From contig NC_092347.1 of assembly GCF_963676685.1 (NCBI RefSeq), forward strand, positions 73,222,001 to 73,286,000: a stretch of DNA of 64,000 nt. The letters run 5' to 3'. The position numbers and the translations under genes are program-made. The notes under the pieces were generated by a model, which did no database searches, had not been told where the DNA came from, and worked only from the letters and a program-made list of their open reading frames with translations. Origin of the DNA: Mytilus edulis. Taxonomy: Eukaryota. Of the stretch, positions 26,481-39,149 are shown piece after piece. Each line of letters begins with the position of its first letter. The first letter of the stretch is position 1.

Positions 26481-29143
26481 AATTATCACCAACAGTAATA
26501 ATTTCTTTATTTGACATATATTGGTTATAATTAAAACCTCTATAATATTCAAATCTAAGTTGGTTTATTCCAATTTTTTCCGTTGCCATACAGCTTTTCT
26601 TACTCATAAGGTGTTCATACGGAAAAAAAATTAAACTTCATTATGTTTTTGTTTTTGCTTTAATTGCATTTGGATGCCCAGACTTTTGAATTCCGGTCTC
26701 TTATCGATGTCCGTTTCGCCGTCTCATTGTTGTTTTCAAATACATTTTATTTCTTCTTTAATCGGTGTCCCTGGATTCAAATCCAATGCGAATCGAATTC
26801 GGTTATCGCGTTCACACACTCTACTTTTTTTTAAATTCGAATCGGATTCGAATTGGCTAATTCGCATTATCCAATTCGCTTTAGAAATATGATTTTGTTA
26901 AAAACGAATTAGAAAATTCGCTTTAATTCGATTTAAATTGTTGTGTGGACACCTTCTAACTTCGAATTGAATATTATTAATAAATTGATAATGCAAACTA
27001 AAAGGTAACGTCGTTCGAAATTTAAAGCGAAGTTGATGCACAATACAATTTGTATAAAAAAAAAAAGGGACAAAAACACCATAGGGACAGTCAAAACTCA
27101 ATAATCAAAAATAAAACTGACAACGCCGGCTAAAAATTAAAAAGACAAACAGACAATTAATATTACATAAGACACAACATAGAAATCTAAAGACTAAGCA
27201 ACACGAACCCAACAAAAAACTGGGGTTGATCTCAGGTGCTCCGGAAGGGTAAGCAGATCTTATAGGAATTTACGTTCGGACGTAAAACGTTTCGAATGCG
27301 AATTTAACTTATTCGAATTTATAAATGCGAAACGAATTCGAACTACGTGTGAACGCAGCATTACATTGGTGGCGGGTTTTTTTTTTCTCTGAAAATTGTT
27401 GTAAAACATAAAATTTCTAAATCTTAAATCTTTAAGGCAAAATGATAATACCTTCCAACAAAGATATGAAAAGGGCAATATACGGTAGACGTACCTACAC
27501 ATTGGACGTTGATTTGAAGAACTTACATCGATAATGATCGGATGTCGATTTGAGTCTAACATGTGTATATCTATAATATAACTCGAGATTATCTGGTGAA
27601 GAATTAATAAGTTAAACATGAAACTAATATGAAAGGACTACAATTACAGGCAGTAATGTATATTATCAAATATTTTCGTGGTATAAAGATGCTATTGGAA
27701 ATATTCCCTTACACTTCCGAGTTTACCACTTGATGATCCAGAATGCCTTACAGACACCAATTTCCCCTCAATAAATCTGCAGAAATAGTGTCAACATGAA
27801 TGAAGATATGACGTTCTACTATCGTGACGTGGTTAAGATTTACTTGGTGATCTTCTTATAGTGAAAGACAATCATTAAGAAAACTTTATTTGTTTTAACT
27901 GATAATACACGATTGATTCCTACACGTTTAAATTTCCCTATGATTAAAGAGCCATCCCTGTCTGTTTTGTGTGCTTGAAGAATTACTTGGTCTATTTCGC
28001 TATATAACAATTTGAAAAGTTATATCAGGAAAAGATTGTAACATTGATAATTGACCTATAATATACTAAATTCTATCATTAAGGTTTGCATCAAAATTAG
28101 TGGCAGGATACGGGTTTTGTTCCTCTCCATAATTTTATAATGGTACAATAATAAACCCCTGACGGGAGGAATTGTACTTGATTTCCATTTCAATATGACG
28201 AAGAAATATTTTTATTATCATTTTAATTGAGGTCTGGAGCTGGCATGTCAGTAACTACTAGTAGTCCCTTGTTAATTATGTATCATTGTCATTTTGCCTA
28301 GTTTCTATTGTTACCTATTCTGACAATTATTGCGCCTGTCCCAAGTCAGGAACCTCTGGCTTTTGGTAGTCATGTATGTATTAATTTTATTTTAATTCCT
28401 TTATTTGTTTTGGAGTTTAGTACGATGTCCATTTTCACTGAAGTAGTAAACATTTTTAGTTAGGGGTCAGCTAAGGCCCATCTCCGGGTGCAGGATTTTC
28501 TCGCTGCGTTGTAGATATATCTCTTTGATATATTCCCGATTTCCATTCTCCATTTCATTTAATCACTATATTATTACTAAACAAATTTAATAAAATTTTA
28601 CCAAATTTCCATTTGGAAGCTGGCAAACAAATTCAACATTAAAATCCTTCTTATGACAGTACGTTTATATTCCAGCAGATGGTTCGATACCATTGCTGGT
28701 GGTCCACATATCACAAAGGCTGCCATTTGATCTGTTGCCAGTAGTTTTTCATTCATAATCACAACACTTTTACTGTTAATTCCTACGAATTGTAGAACTC
28801 TACTAGAACCAAGTGAGCAAGTTCATAAGACTGTCTTAATATCATTAAGGTGTTCTTTTTTATCTGTTTCATCTCTAATACTTATATACTGTTCGTGTAT
28901 TTATGTTTTCATGCATTTTTGGTCGTGTGCATCTAATAATTACATTAGATGTATGTTTCATCACAATACGTTATTCTGATTGGCTAACTGCACATCATGT
29001 ATTATTCCTTAAGCAGTTGTATCACTCAATAAAACTTCTCATTCGTGATGACACGAGGTCCAACAATAAAGTGCACAGGTAAATAAAATAAAAACTTGAT
29101 AAAAGGCGTGTTTTCATGATCCTATAGGTAAAAATGTAATTAT

Positions 29144-29300
29144 AAGTATTGAATGCTTTTTTTTGTAACTTTATAGGGTTGTAAAAGCGTTGACCGTGCG
29201 CACATTTTTAGTATGAAGCGCTACCGCGCTTCATACAAAATGTACTTCGGTCAACGCTTTTACACCCCAATAAATTTACAAAAAAGAGCATTCAATTCTT
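29144..29300. mobile_element. Palindromic MITE
   Basis: ATTGAATGC...GTAAAAGCGTTGACCG...TATGAAGCG is mirrored by CGCTTCATA...CGGTCAACGCTTTTAC...GCATTCAAT. Confidence 0.7.
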
Positions 29301-29477
29301 AAATAAAAAATATTCCATGAACACGTGTCGATCACAAATATTTGTTTTTAATACTTTCATTAAAAGAAAAGATACAATGGAACTTTCAATTTGTAAGTAG
29401 AAGCTAGTGAAACATCATTCAAATAGCATCAATAACAAATATCCATAGTTGAAGACTATGAATGGAGTCTAAATATA

Positions 29478-31088
29478 AAAAAAGAAGATGTGGTATTATT
29501 GCCAATGAGACAACTATCCACAAACGACAAAAAGGACACAGACATTAACACCTATAGGTCACCGTACGGCCTTCAACAATGAGCAAAGCCCATACCGCAT
29601 AGTGAGCTATAATAGGCCCCGATAAGACAAGGTAAAACAATTCAAACAATAAAACTAACGGCCTTATTTATGTAAAAAAAAATGAACGAAAAACAAATAT
29701 GTAACACATAAACAAACGACAACCACTGAATTACAGGCTCCTGACTTGGGACAGGCACATACATAAATAATGTGGCGGGGTTAAACATGTTAGCGGGATC
29801 CCCCCCCCCCCCTAACCTTGGACAGTGGTATAACAGTACAACTATAAAAATCAGTTTAAAAAGGCTTAACTCATCAGATGGACAAAAATACAAGTGGACG
29901 TGGCCGGGTACTTATACACCCCGACACAAAGAGACGCAATGCACAGATCTGAGAGTGCTCGCAGTTATCTGACAGCTAGTTCAAAGCCACTAACAACTAA
30001 TAAAAAAAATCATGCATCTAAGACTAAACTATCAATCCCTACACATCCAATATCCAATGGATTTAGTGTAAAGACGTCATAAACAGCCAGAGAAAAACAT
30101 GACCTTGTGCAATGCCAAGTTACAGGTAACGACAGATTGTAGATCCATGAATATATATATATATATGTATATAACATACTAGAAGTATTTAGTTAGCTTT
30201 TAATTTACTGATGACAAATCAATATTTATACCAATAAAAACAATATTCAATGATCTTATTACAGTGTTGAATAGGTAATCTTTTAGGTGAGTTTATTTAA
30301 AGGAGCGACAAGTTTACATGGATCATTTTGAAATTTCCGTAAAAATGAGGATGTGCTATCCCGTTTGAAATAAGTTTTCTACAGGTACAACCAAACTTCA
30401 AAACCAAATTTTTATATCTATGGAAAACTTTAGTTAAGGTTTTAAGTAATTTATGGTAACGATATCCCTGGTTTAATGATTTACCAGTAATTCATCGGTT
30501 GCGTTCGTTAAAATCAAAAACGTCACAACAGACACGGGCATAGCGAACGAGCTGTGAATATAAACACCGTAGGATGGTGCCAAAGGAACATCACCATCTA
30601 AAAATGGATAATTAACAATAGGGAACGAAAAATATTTTGTCGTAAATTTTAGTGTGGAGTTTCCCGTTTAAAACCGAAAGATCTAAATCCAGGAAAGGAC
30701 AGTTATTACCGAATAAATTTGATTTATTTAATGTAAGTTCCTTGGGGTAAATTTCAGTAGTATATTGAGAAAATTCTTGATTATTTAACGAAAACATATC
30801 ATCAAGGTAACGGTAAGTGATGTTGAATTTATCAATTAAATGCAATTTCGACGGGTCTTTACTGAGTTTAGTCATAAACTGTGATTCGTAACAGTACAAA
30901 AACAAGTCTGCTATTAAAGGGGCACAATAAGGTGCCCATTGGGATACCTACAAACTGTCGATAAACTTTGTTGCCGAAACGTACATAAATATTATCAAGG
31001 AGAAAATTAACAGCTTCAATCATCTCATCACACCTCCAGTAAGTATATCTAGCATGTTTACCTTTCTCATTTGAGAAGAAGGCTTTAA
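29478..31088 (-). mobile_element. Penelope-like retroelement, 3' part (degenerate RT + 3' UTR)
   Basis: Minus-strand translation has NIYVRFGNKVYRQFVGIPMG, TYRYLDD and FLDLDLSVLNGKLHTKIYDK with frameshifts. It continues into repeat family A. Confidence 0.9.
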
Positions 31089-34000
31089 GGTCAAGTAACA
31101 GTAAATCAACACCGTCTAGCGGATTCCGCGAAATGTTGCGACGATTTGTACGAGTTACGTCCCTTAGACTAGATTTAGCAATGTTGCAACCGGCGACTTT
31201 CCGACGGGACAACGGCACATTTGATGAAAGAATTTTAGAATTAAATTGTTTGCTAAAATTAAGAATTTACAGGATTTTTTAAAATGAATATGAAAAAAGT
31301 CATGAAGACGATCTATAAAATGAAAATTGGGAAGTTGACTAGCGTCAATGACGTGGAGTGGTAGAGCTTAGATATCTCGGCGACAAGTCAAAAGAGTGTA
31401 AAAACTGTAGCTAACTGCTATTTGATTTTCTACATAATTTTGTCGAGGAAAAACAATGCTATCTTGGAAGTATTCTCTATATAGTACGTCAAAACTGTTC
31501 CTACAGAAACCCGGCCTATATTGATCCGACTATATTCACTGGGAAAAGACATCGTCCAGCAGAAAACGAAACGAAAATTAATACTATTAAACTTAGTCTT
31601 GTTGTATAAATATTATAGGCCCTGTTTTAAAAATTACCACACCAGTCGAAACAAGAAAACATATTTTCAAATTTAAGAAATGGAAGTCACATAGAATTCT
31701 CAGCTGCGTCAGTCAGTCTCAAGTTGAAACAGATGACACAATGTTTTTATATTCACATTAACCTTCTACACGGTTGCAACAATCATTTAAATTGTATACA
31801 TCATAAGTTTATAAACTAATAATAAATAAATCATTAACAAAAATATTCAAATCTATCGCTCGCTACAGTTTGTTTTCTAACGTTTTTGTAATGATGCTTT
31901 CTTTCACGTCCTCAATTTTGTGGAAAATTTCGAAGCTAAAAATAGAACAAAAATCTTTATTTAGATGTATGTATAAATATTATAGGCCTTTGGTTTGAAG
32001 AGTATGGTATAATCTCCTAGTACAAGAACATTCAGTGGATCCTTAAAATAATTTTCTTAGTATTAATTCGTATGGTTGTCGCCTCAAAGGAAATTGCTAT
32101 ACATCGGGTTAAAAAATTAAATGTGTTCACTGGCAGTTGCATATCAAAAATAGAATAGAACTGATCTCAATTCTAATTTACTCATAACACTTGAAGGTTG
32201 AGAACGAGATTCTATCAATCATGCCGATATTATACTTCTACTATATATCTACTAAAATAGAATATGTACACACACTTTCAAAGCATAAAGTAGAATGAAA
32301 ATCCCGTAAGTAGTCAGTAATTCATAAGACAGCAACCAGACAACAACACAAGGCCACACGAAACAATATTTGATGATAAGCATTTGTGCAGATGGACTTC
32401 GACAAAAGTCAAAATTTCCAGTCATGTCTCTGCCTGTGTGCGTTTTTCTTTTTCGTTTTTCTTTTTTGGATGGGGGATTATCTCTCGTATATAAAACATA
32501 TTTATGTACATCTGGTTTGTTTCATGTCTCAACCTCCGTATGTTAACTAATAGCTCTAAAACGTTATGAGAAAAAGATGTGGCAATGAGCAAGAACGTAA
32601 AATATATCATTATGAATTAATGTTACACAATCTACAAAACCAAATATAACACTGATGCTAATAAAAAGCAATCGCTCACACATAAGGGATAATAGTAAAA
32701 GTATATTTTCAAATATAACCTTTTACAAAGTAAAGTGGTCAGATGCATATCCAGCCATTTCTAAAAGTGGAGGTCCCGACCCAGGATAAAAAGGGGGTGT
32801 TCCAACAATATGTTCCAATTCAAAATGCATTTATCGTAAAAAAAATAGGGGTTACAACCCCCGGAACCCTTCTGGATCCGCCACTGATAATGATTACATG
32901 ATTTACAAAATACGTACTTTATCAAAATGGATGGGGTGAACACTTGCATGGGGAATTTGAGCGGGGAATGCAAAAAAGTGAACTTAAGCGCCTCCATCAC
33001 TGGACATTTGAGCGCTGGAATATTAGCCGCACCTGAATTTTCAAATACTAGTAGGACATTCTGACGAAATGTTCTGTGTTACAACCGAGAAATTTTACCT
33101 GTTCTAAATATAGTAGTAATGGTAGTGTAGTCCTGGGTTGATCTCTTAGTACCAATTAATCTGAGTAAGCGCAAAACGTAAAGCAAATGATGGAATACAT
33201 GTTGTAGCTCAACGTCTTTTTAAATTAATCCGTACAGAAATTGATGTGGCAAAAATAAAAACAAATTAAAGGCATTAGCAGCGTTTTAACGCCTATGTTT
33301 AGAAAAAGACATAAATCTCACCCTTCACATTGCCCAGTTTTAATTTTATGACTTCGTTTTTTTATTACAAAACAGAAGTTGTGATATGATAGATAATGAG
33401 ATATACAAGAGACCAAATGATACAGATATAAACAAGTAAACGTAACCGTACGACCTTAAATAATTAGCAAAACCTATAACGCATAATCAGCTCATTTTTA
33501 TTTTCGCTCAAATGTACTTAATATCGGCGCTGAAATTTCGATACTTTTGCGCTCAACGCCCCTATTTCACGGTCCACGAAACATAATGGGGCGTCCGTGT
33601 TCTATGGACACGTTATTATTTTTTTTTTATCTAAATTGCAGCAGCATATTAACAGAACACGTTCTCTCTTTATATAGTACCAACACAATCTATTACATTT
33701 TCCGCTGATAAAAGTACCGGTTTTTCAAAAAGTGGCCAAATCTTATATCGGAACGGAGAAATAATGCAAACAGATGACCTGCAAGTTAGTCTAAGAGAGT
33801 TTATAAATTGATTACCTGACAACTGTATATTACATGCACATAAAGCTAAGCTTTTTGGTTCAAGAGTTATATAGCATGTGACCGTGAGGGGTCGGATGGG
33901 TTTGCCAATCTCCTATCGGAACATTTCTTTTGGAAAACCCAGAGTCACAAAAGAGAGAAAATTAAAGCTTCATTTACCTCTTATATTGAGTCAGGAAATT

Positions 34001-34100
34001 AGGTCGATTTCTATTTTGATGTTATTATCATTTTTGCGTTCAAGTATTTTCGTCTGAATTAGAAATGGTTTTGAACATGTATACTGATAATGAAGTAATG

Positions 34101-34135
<35 letters not shown>

Positions 34136-34792
34136 TTTTATTTATAGTCGGGCATGATATATACAATTCAACAAGGTACACATGAGCTCATAAGAGCTCT
34201 TAACCGACTTGATATTTAAAACAAATAACAAATTATCAAAACATTTGACAGACAACACATACAAATAAAACACATGCATAATAAAATAGCTAAGCAAACA
34301 TGCATAAATCAGAGGCTATGATAAAAAGAAACTATCAGTACAAACACATAATCATCATGCAAATCGAACGTCGGAAATTCGACATCTTGACGTTATAAGT
34401 AATAAAATGACGACGTCACTATTTTTGATGTTTTTTTTTTTGCCAAAATGATGAGGTTGCGTCGCTTCTACAGGGAAAACGAAGTCGGTGACCATATCTT
34501 TTTTTTTTACATCATCTAATTCGTAAGAAAATAATCTTTTAAAAAAAATCTATGGAGTGGTTCACGTGATTTATACAGGAAACCGAAAATTGTAGAAGAA
34601 AATTAAGGATTTTCCCTATATATTCAATGTAATTTGGTACACTCTCGGACCATTAAAAAAATGGCTTTTTCTCGTAAACGAAGTCGGTGACCTATACTTT
34701 TTTTTACATTTTCCGATGTATATTTTCAATAGCTAATTAAGTTCTTAATTTTAAAAAAATCTATGGACTTGTTCATTTACTGATCCTTGACC
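31089..34792. mobile_element. Kolobok-like non-autonomous DNA transposon (TTAA TSD) inserted in a PLE RT
   Basis: TIRs GGTCAAG(T/G)A(A/T)CAGTAAAT(C/G)AACA, with TTAA at 31085-31088 and 34793-34796. The subterminal direct repeat AACGAAGTCGGTGACC occurs twice. Removing the insert rejoins the RT frame. Confidence 0.8.
34101..34133. repeat. (AAGT)n microsatellite
   Basis: About 8 copies; a shorter run is at about 50558-50575. Confidence 0.9.
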
Positions 34793-35130
34793 TTAAATGA
34801 GTTGCAGCAAATATATCTACATTTTGCTTTACCAAACGACCATTTAATTAAATAGGAAACTTTTGTTTAATAAGATAGTGTGGAAGTGTAATGTAAAGAG
34901 TAGAAAAATCTAAACTATTAACAGAATCAAAAGGACCATCAAAAGCACGTAATTTATCTAAAAGATCCAAAGAATTTTTTACACTCCAAAAATGGTTTAT
35001 ACCACTATGTTCATATATTTTATTACAATTATTTATGATAAGCTCTTTGATAGTAGTTAACGAACTAGTTAAGAGCACTGAAAGATTAGTTGTAGAACAC
35101 TTACTAGAGGCCGAGATGAAACGATATAAC
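34793..35130 (-). mobile_element. Penelope-like RT, 5' part of the element at 29478-31088
   Basis: YRFISASSKCSTT...GINHFWSVKNS...SLDFSTLY...YICCNS are N-terminal PLE RT motifs. Confidence 0.85.
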
Positions 35131-35204
35131 CATATATAAGTGACCACAGCAATTTGATTATACATATATACTCTAGTACTCGTTGACATCACTAAATTAA
35201 ACAC

Positions 35205-36805
35205 ATACTCAATCTATAAGTCAGCATTATACATATGTATACCTTATCAGATTTAGGTCTGTAAGCATACACAAGTACCCGTCAAAATAAGATCAAGTCA
35301 GCATTATACATAATTATTTATACCATATTAAGGTCTCTAGGCACACACAAAAAAATGTCAGAATAAGAACAAGTCAGCAGTACATGTATACCATATAAGA
35401 TTAAGGTATATAGGCTCACAAAAAATGTCAGAATAAGAACAAGTCAGCAGTAAACATATGTATACCATATCAGATTAAGGTCTATAAGCATACAAAAAAC
35501 CGTCAGAATAAGTACAAGTGAGCATTATACATATGTATACCATATCAGATTAAGGTCTGTTAGCATACAAATACTTGTCCGAATGAGTACAAGACAGCAT
35601 TATACTGATGTATACCGTATAAGATAAAGGTCTGTAAGCGTACAAAAAACCGTCAGAATAAGTATAAGTGAGAATTATACATATGATACACTATCAGATT
35701 AAGGTCTGTAAGCATACAAAAATATCCGTCAGAATAAGTACAAGTCAGTATTATACATATGTATAAATTATCAGATTAAGGTCTGAAAGCATACAAAAAT
35801 ACCCGTCAAAATAAGTACAAGTCAGCATTATACATATGTATACCATATCAGATTAAAGTCTCTAGGCATACAAAAATACCCGTCAAAATAAGTACAAGTG
35901 AGCATTATACATATGTATACCATATCAGATTAAAGTCTCTAGGCATATGAAAATACCCGCCAGAATAAGTATAAGTGAGAATTATACATATGTATATCAT
36001 ATCAGATTAAAGTCTGTAGGCATACTAAAAGAACCGACAGAATAAGAACAAGTCAGCATTTTACATATGTATACCAAATCAGATAAAGGCATGTAAGCAT
36101 ACAAAAAACCGTCAGAATAAGTACAAGTCAGCATTTTACATAGTATGAAATTCAAAACAGTGTAGCTATGGCCATTGATTGACACATTAAAATCATTCAT
36201 TGACTGGGACAATTTAGGTGAACGTTTGTATGTAACGACCAATGCTCACTATGTACTTTTTAAAGAAACTTAAACTATGGGGTCACCAAAGGTTCTCAAA
36301 ACCTAAATAAAGTAATTCGAAAAATTAATCAGAAATAACACGATATTTTGATTTATATCAATTATATAAATCAAAACACAAAGTTTATTCCTGATTAATT
36401 TTTCGAATTATTTTATAATTAAAGGCGTTAAGAAACCTTTGGTGACCCCACAGTTTAAATGTCTATCGTAGGTACGTCATGAACAGTGGTTGTTACAGAC
36501 AAACGTTCACGTAAATTGTCCCAGTCAATGGATGATTTTGATGGGTCAATCAATGGCCACAGCTACACTGTTTTGAATTTCATACTATGTATACCATATC
36601 AGATTAAGGTCTGTAAGCGTACAAAAAAACCCGTCAGAATAAGTACAAGTCAGCATTATACATATGTATACCATACCAGATTAAGGCATGTAAGCATACA
36701 AAAAACCGTCAGAATAAGTACAAGTCAGCACTATACATATGTATACCATATCAGATTAAGGTCTGTAGGCATTCCAAAAAAAAAACGTCAGAATATTAAG
36801 TACAA
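35205..36805. repeat. Satellite of about 75-77 bp units (about 15 copies), interrupted by a fold-back MITE
   Basis: Unit AGAATAAGTACAAGTCAGCATTATACATATGTATACCATATCAGATTAAGGTCTGTAAGCATACAAAAAACCGTC. Confidence 0.92.
36143..36585. mobile_element. 443-bp fold-back MITE with TA target duplication
   Basis: Almost fully palindromic (GTATGAAATTCAAAACAGTGTAGCT...AGCTACACTGTTTTGAATTTCATAC). Removing it and one TA restores the satellite sequence TTTTACATATGTATACC. Confidence 0.88.
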
Positions 36806-37714
36806 TTTTTCAAGAAAATTTCTAAGTTCTTAAATATTCAAAATAAAATCAAACTGACATAATTTTTTTGTTTGTCCAGAGTTTCTTAGTAAATCTATAA
36901 AGGGAACAATCCGGGGTGAATGTTTAATGCTCTTTTTTCATACAAAAAAACATAAAATAACAAAAAACACCAAAATTCAAAACAAAAGTATGAAATAAAA
37001 TGGCAAATTCAAAAGCTTAAAAACATCAAAAGGATGGATACCAACTGTCATATTCCTGACTTGTAACAGACATTTTCTTATGCAGAAAATGGTGGATAAA
37101 ACCTGGTTTTATAGCTAGCTTATCCTGTCCGTTTTTTCAAGATATTGTTTTGTGCTGTGTACATTAGGTCAACAATATATTTGTCATGGATGCTACTGTC
37201 TAGTGTGATGATTAAATGCACGTTAATGAGCAAATACTTCAACATTGGCATGATACATTTTTTTATTCTGATTAAGTATATTATGAATCACTTGTAGTAA
37301 ATTGTGAATGTATGTTTGAGGTTTTTTTTCTTTTTCAATAATATATCTAATGTATTTGAACGGCAATCTGTTAAATAAACAGTGACTTTTTCTTCTAAAC
37401 CTGGCATTGCTCTTCCCTATTAACTTACATAAGACGAACTGTATTTTATGAACAAGTAATAATTCCATGATTTTGTGTATCAAGTAAATTTATTTTCATT
37501 TGCTACGATTTTTTATACGCTGCATTCTTCAAGCATACACTTATTTGTTTATGCATCTTCACGTTAGTAATATCCTTTAACTTTACCATGTTTACGTTCC
37601 GCTATATATATAATATATATATATACGAAACCTCTTTCTAAATTATTTTAAAACATCTATGTTTTCAGCAATCAAAGCCCTGCTCAAAAGTTAATGTGAA
37701 ACTGTCAATTCTAG

Positions 37715-38260
37715 AGGTGGCGTGATGTGAATACTATAAAATTCCAAAGATCTTTTAGAGTACATACAATCTACGATTCTCTCATCTTAAAAACATATTA
37801 AAACATTTGACTTTTCTACACTTTACACAAGTATTCCCTTCCCAAACCAAAAGACAAATTAAAAGAGTTGAAATTACTTTGTTTCATTAAAAAGAATGGT
37901 GAACGTAGATACTAGTATCTTATCTTAGGAAGGATAAATCCTAATTTGTGAAGAATCATTCAAACAAAATATTCTCTGAAACTGACATTAAAAAGATGCT
38001 TGATTTCTTGGTTGACAACATATCTGTTACGTTTGGAGGTCGTGTTTTTCAACAGACTGTCGGAATTTCAATGGAAACAAATTGTGCCCCTTTTCTTGCT
38101 GACTTGTTTCTTTAGCATTATGGGGCTGACATCATACCGCAACTTCTTAGGAAGAAAGATACGGAATATATATCTCCCAATTAATACGATATCCCCGGGC
38201 TTGTATTTCCTATCAAGATTTCCTTGATGGATAAGTTCTGCTCATAAGGAAGCTACACAT
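37715..38260 (+). mobile_element. Degenerate Penelope-like RT fragment
   Basis: KNSKDLLEYIQ, IKTFDFSTLYTSIP and FGGRVFQQTVGISMETNCAPFLADLFL, with stops and frameshifts. Confidence 0.85.
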
Positions 38261-39149
38261 TAAATCAAGAGATGTTTCAACATATAGAATTGAACATCTC
38301 TGGTTTGCCATATTAGGCTGACAAAAAAAATAATTATTTGCAACGTAATATTCCTTTATTATCACAAATAGGCACGTTGGAACTTTTTTTTAAATTTGTT
38401 CATTTAAGATCGTATAATTCTCTTACAGTATTGCACTAAATAGAAGAAAAGTACTCTCTAGAGTTATCATTTATAAACTATTTCCTTTACTCGATCCTTA
38501 ATTTTTCAGAGAATCAGAAAAAGCAAAGGCACGTGATTTCTTTTGATATACTAAAATACTTTAGCAGACCGGTACTTGATTTACATCTACAAATGAATGT
38601 AAATTGTTCAAGTGCACCGGATAAGGTTTGAATAAACATTATGGCCGAAACTGAATACATGTAGATTATGAGAGAATTTGGAAAGATGCTTTCAGTTAAA
38701 TAATACGCTTTTCCGGTGAATATTTTTATATCTATAGTTTGTATCATATTAATGAAGTCCTTGAAATGTCACGAGCTCAATAATTACTGAGATATTTTTA
38801 CTTTGATGACGCTATTTTAATGTTGACCTTATTATGGGCCAAGTTCAATGTTGATAGTATTAACGTCACTAACCAAATTGCACATATTTAGCAAAAATAG
38901 CACCGTAAATTGTATATTTTATCTGAAGAACTACAATTTTTTTTTTCCTTTTGATATTATTCACGTATTTTAAATAGGTGAACATGTTTTTATATACACA
39001 AAACGTTCAGTGTATAATTACAGATGAAGCAGCCGCTAAAAAAAGTAAAATCTACCATGCGACGTCCACAAAAAGGTCATGTACATTAACAAATGAAATA
39101 TGATACGATCAATCATTTCTTAAAAAATTAGTCTTAAGCATGGAATAAA

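Noticed and set aside
27700-27790. Frame reading LPSLPLDDPECLTDTNFPSINLQK, reminiscent of the exon 3 GFPSI motif
   Set aside because: No suitable splice sites, an in-frame stop, and no neighbouring homologous exons.
35205-36805. Regularly spaced repeats as a CRISPR-like array
   Set aside because: Eukaryotic context, and the units repeat in full with no unique spacers; it is a satellite.
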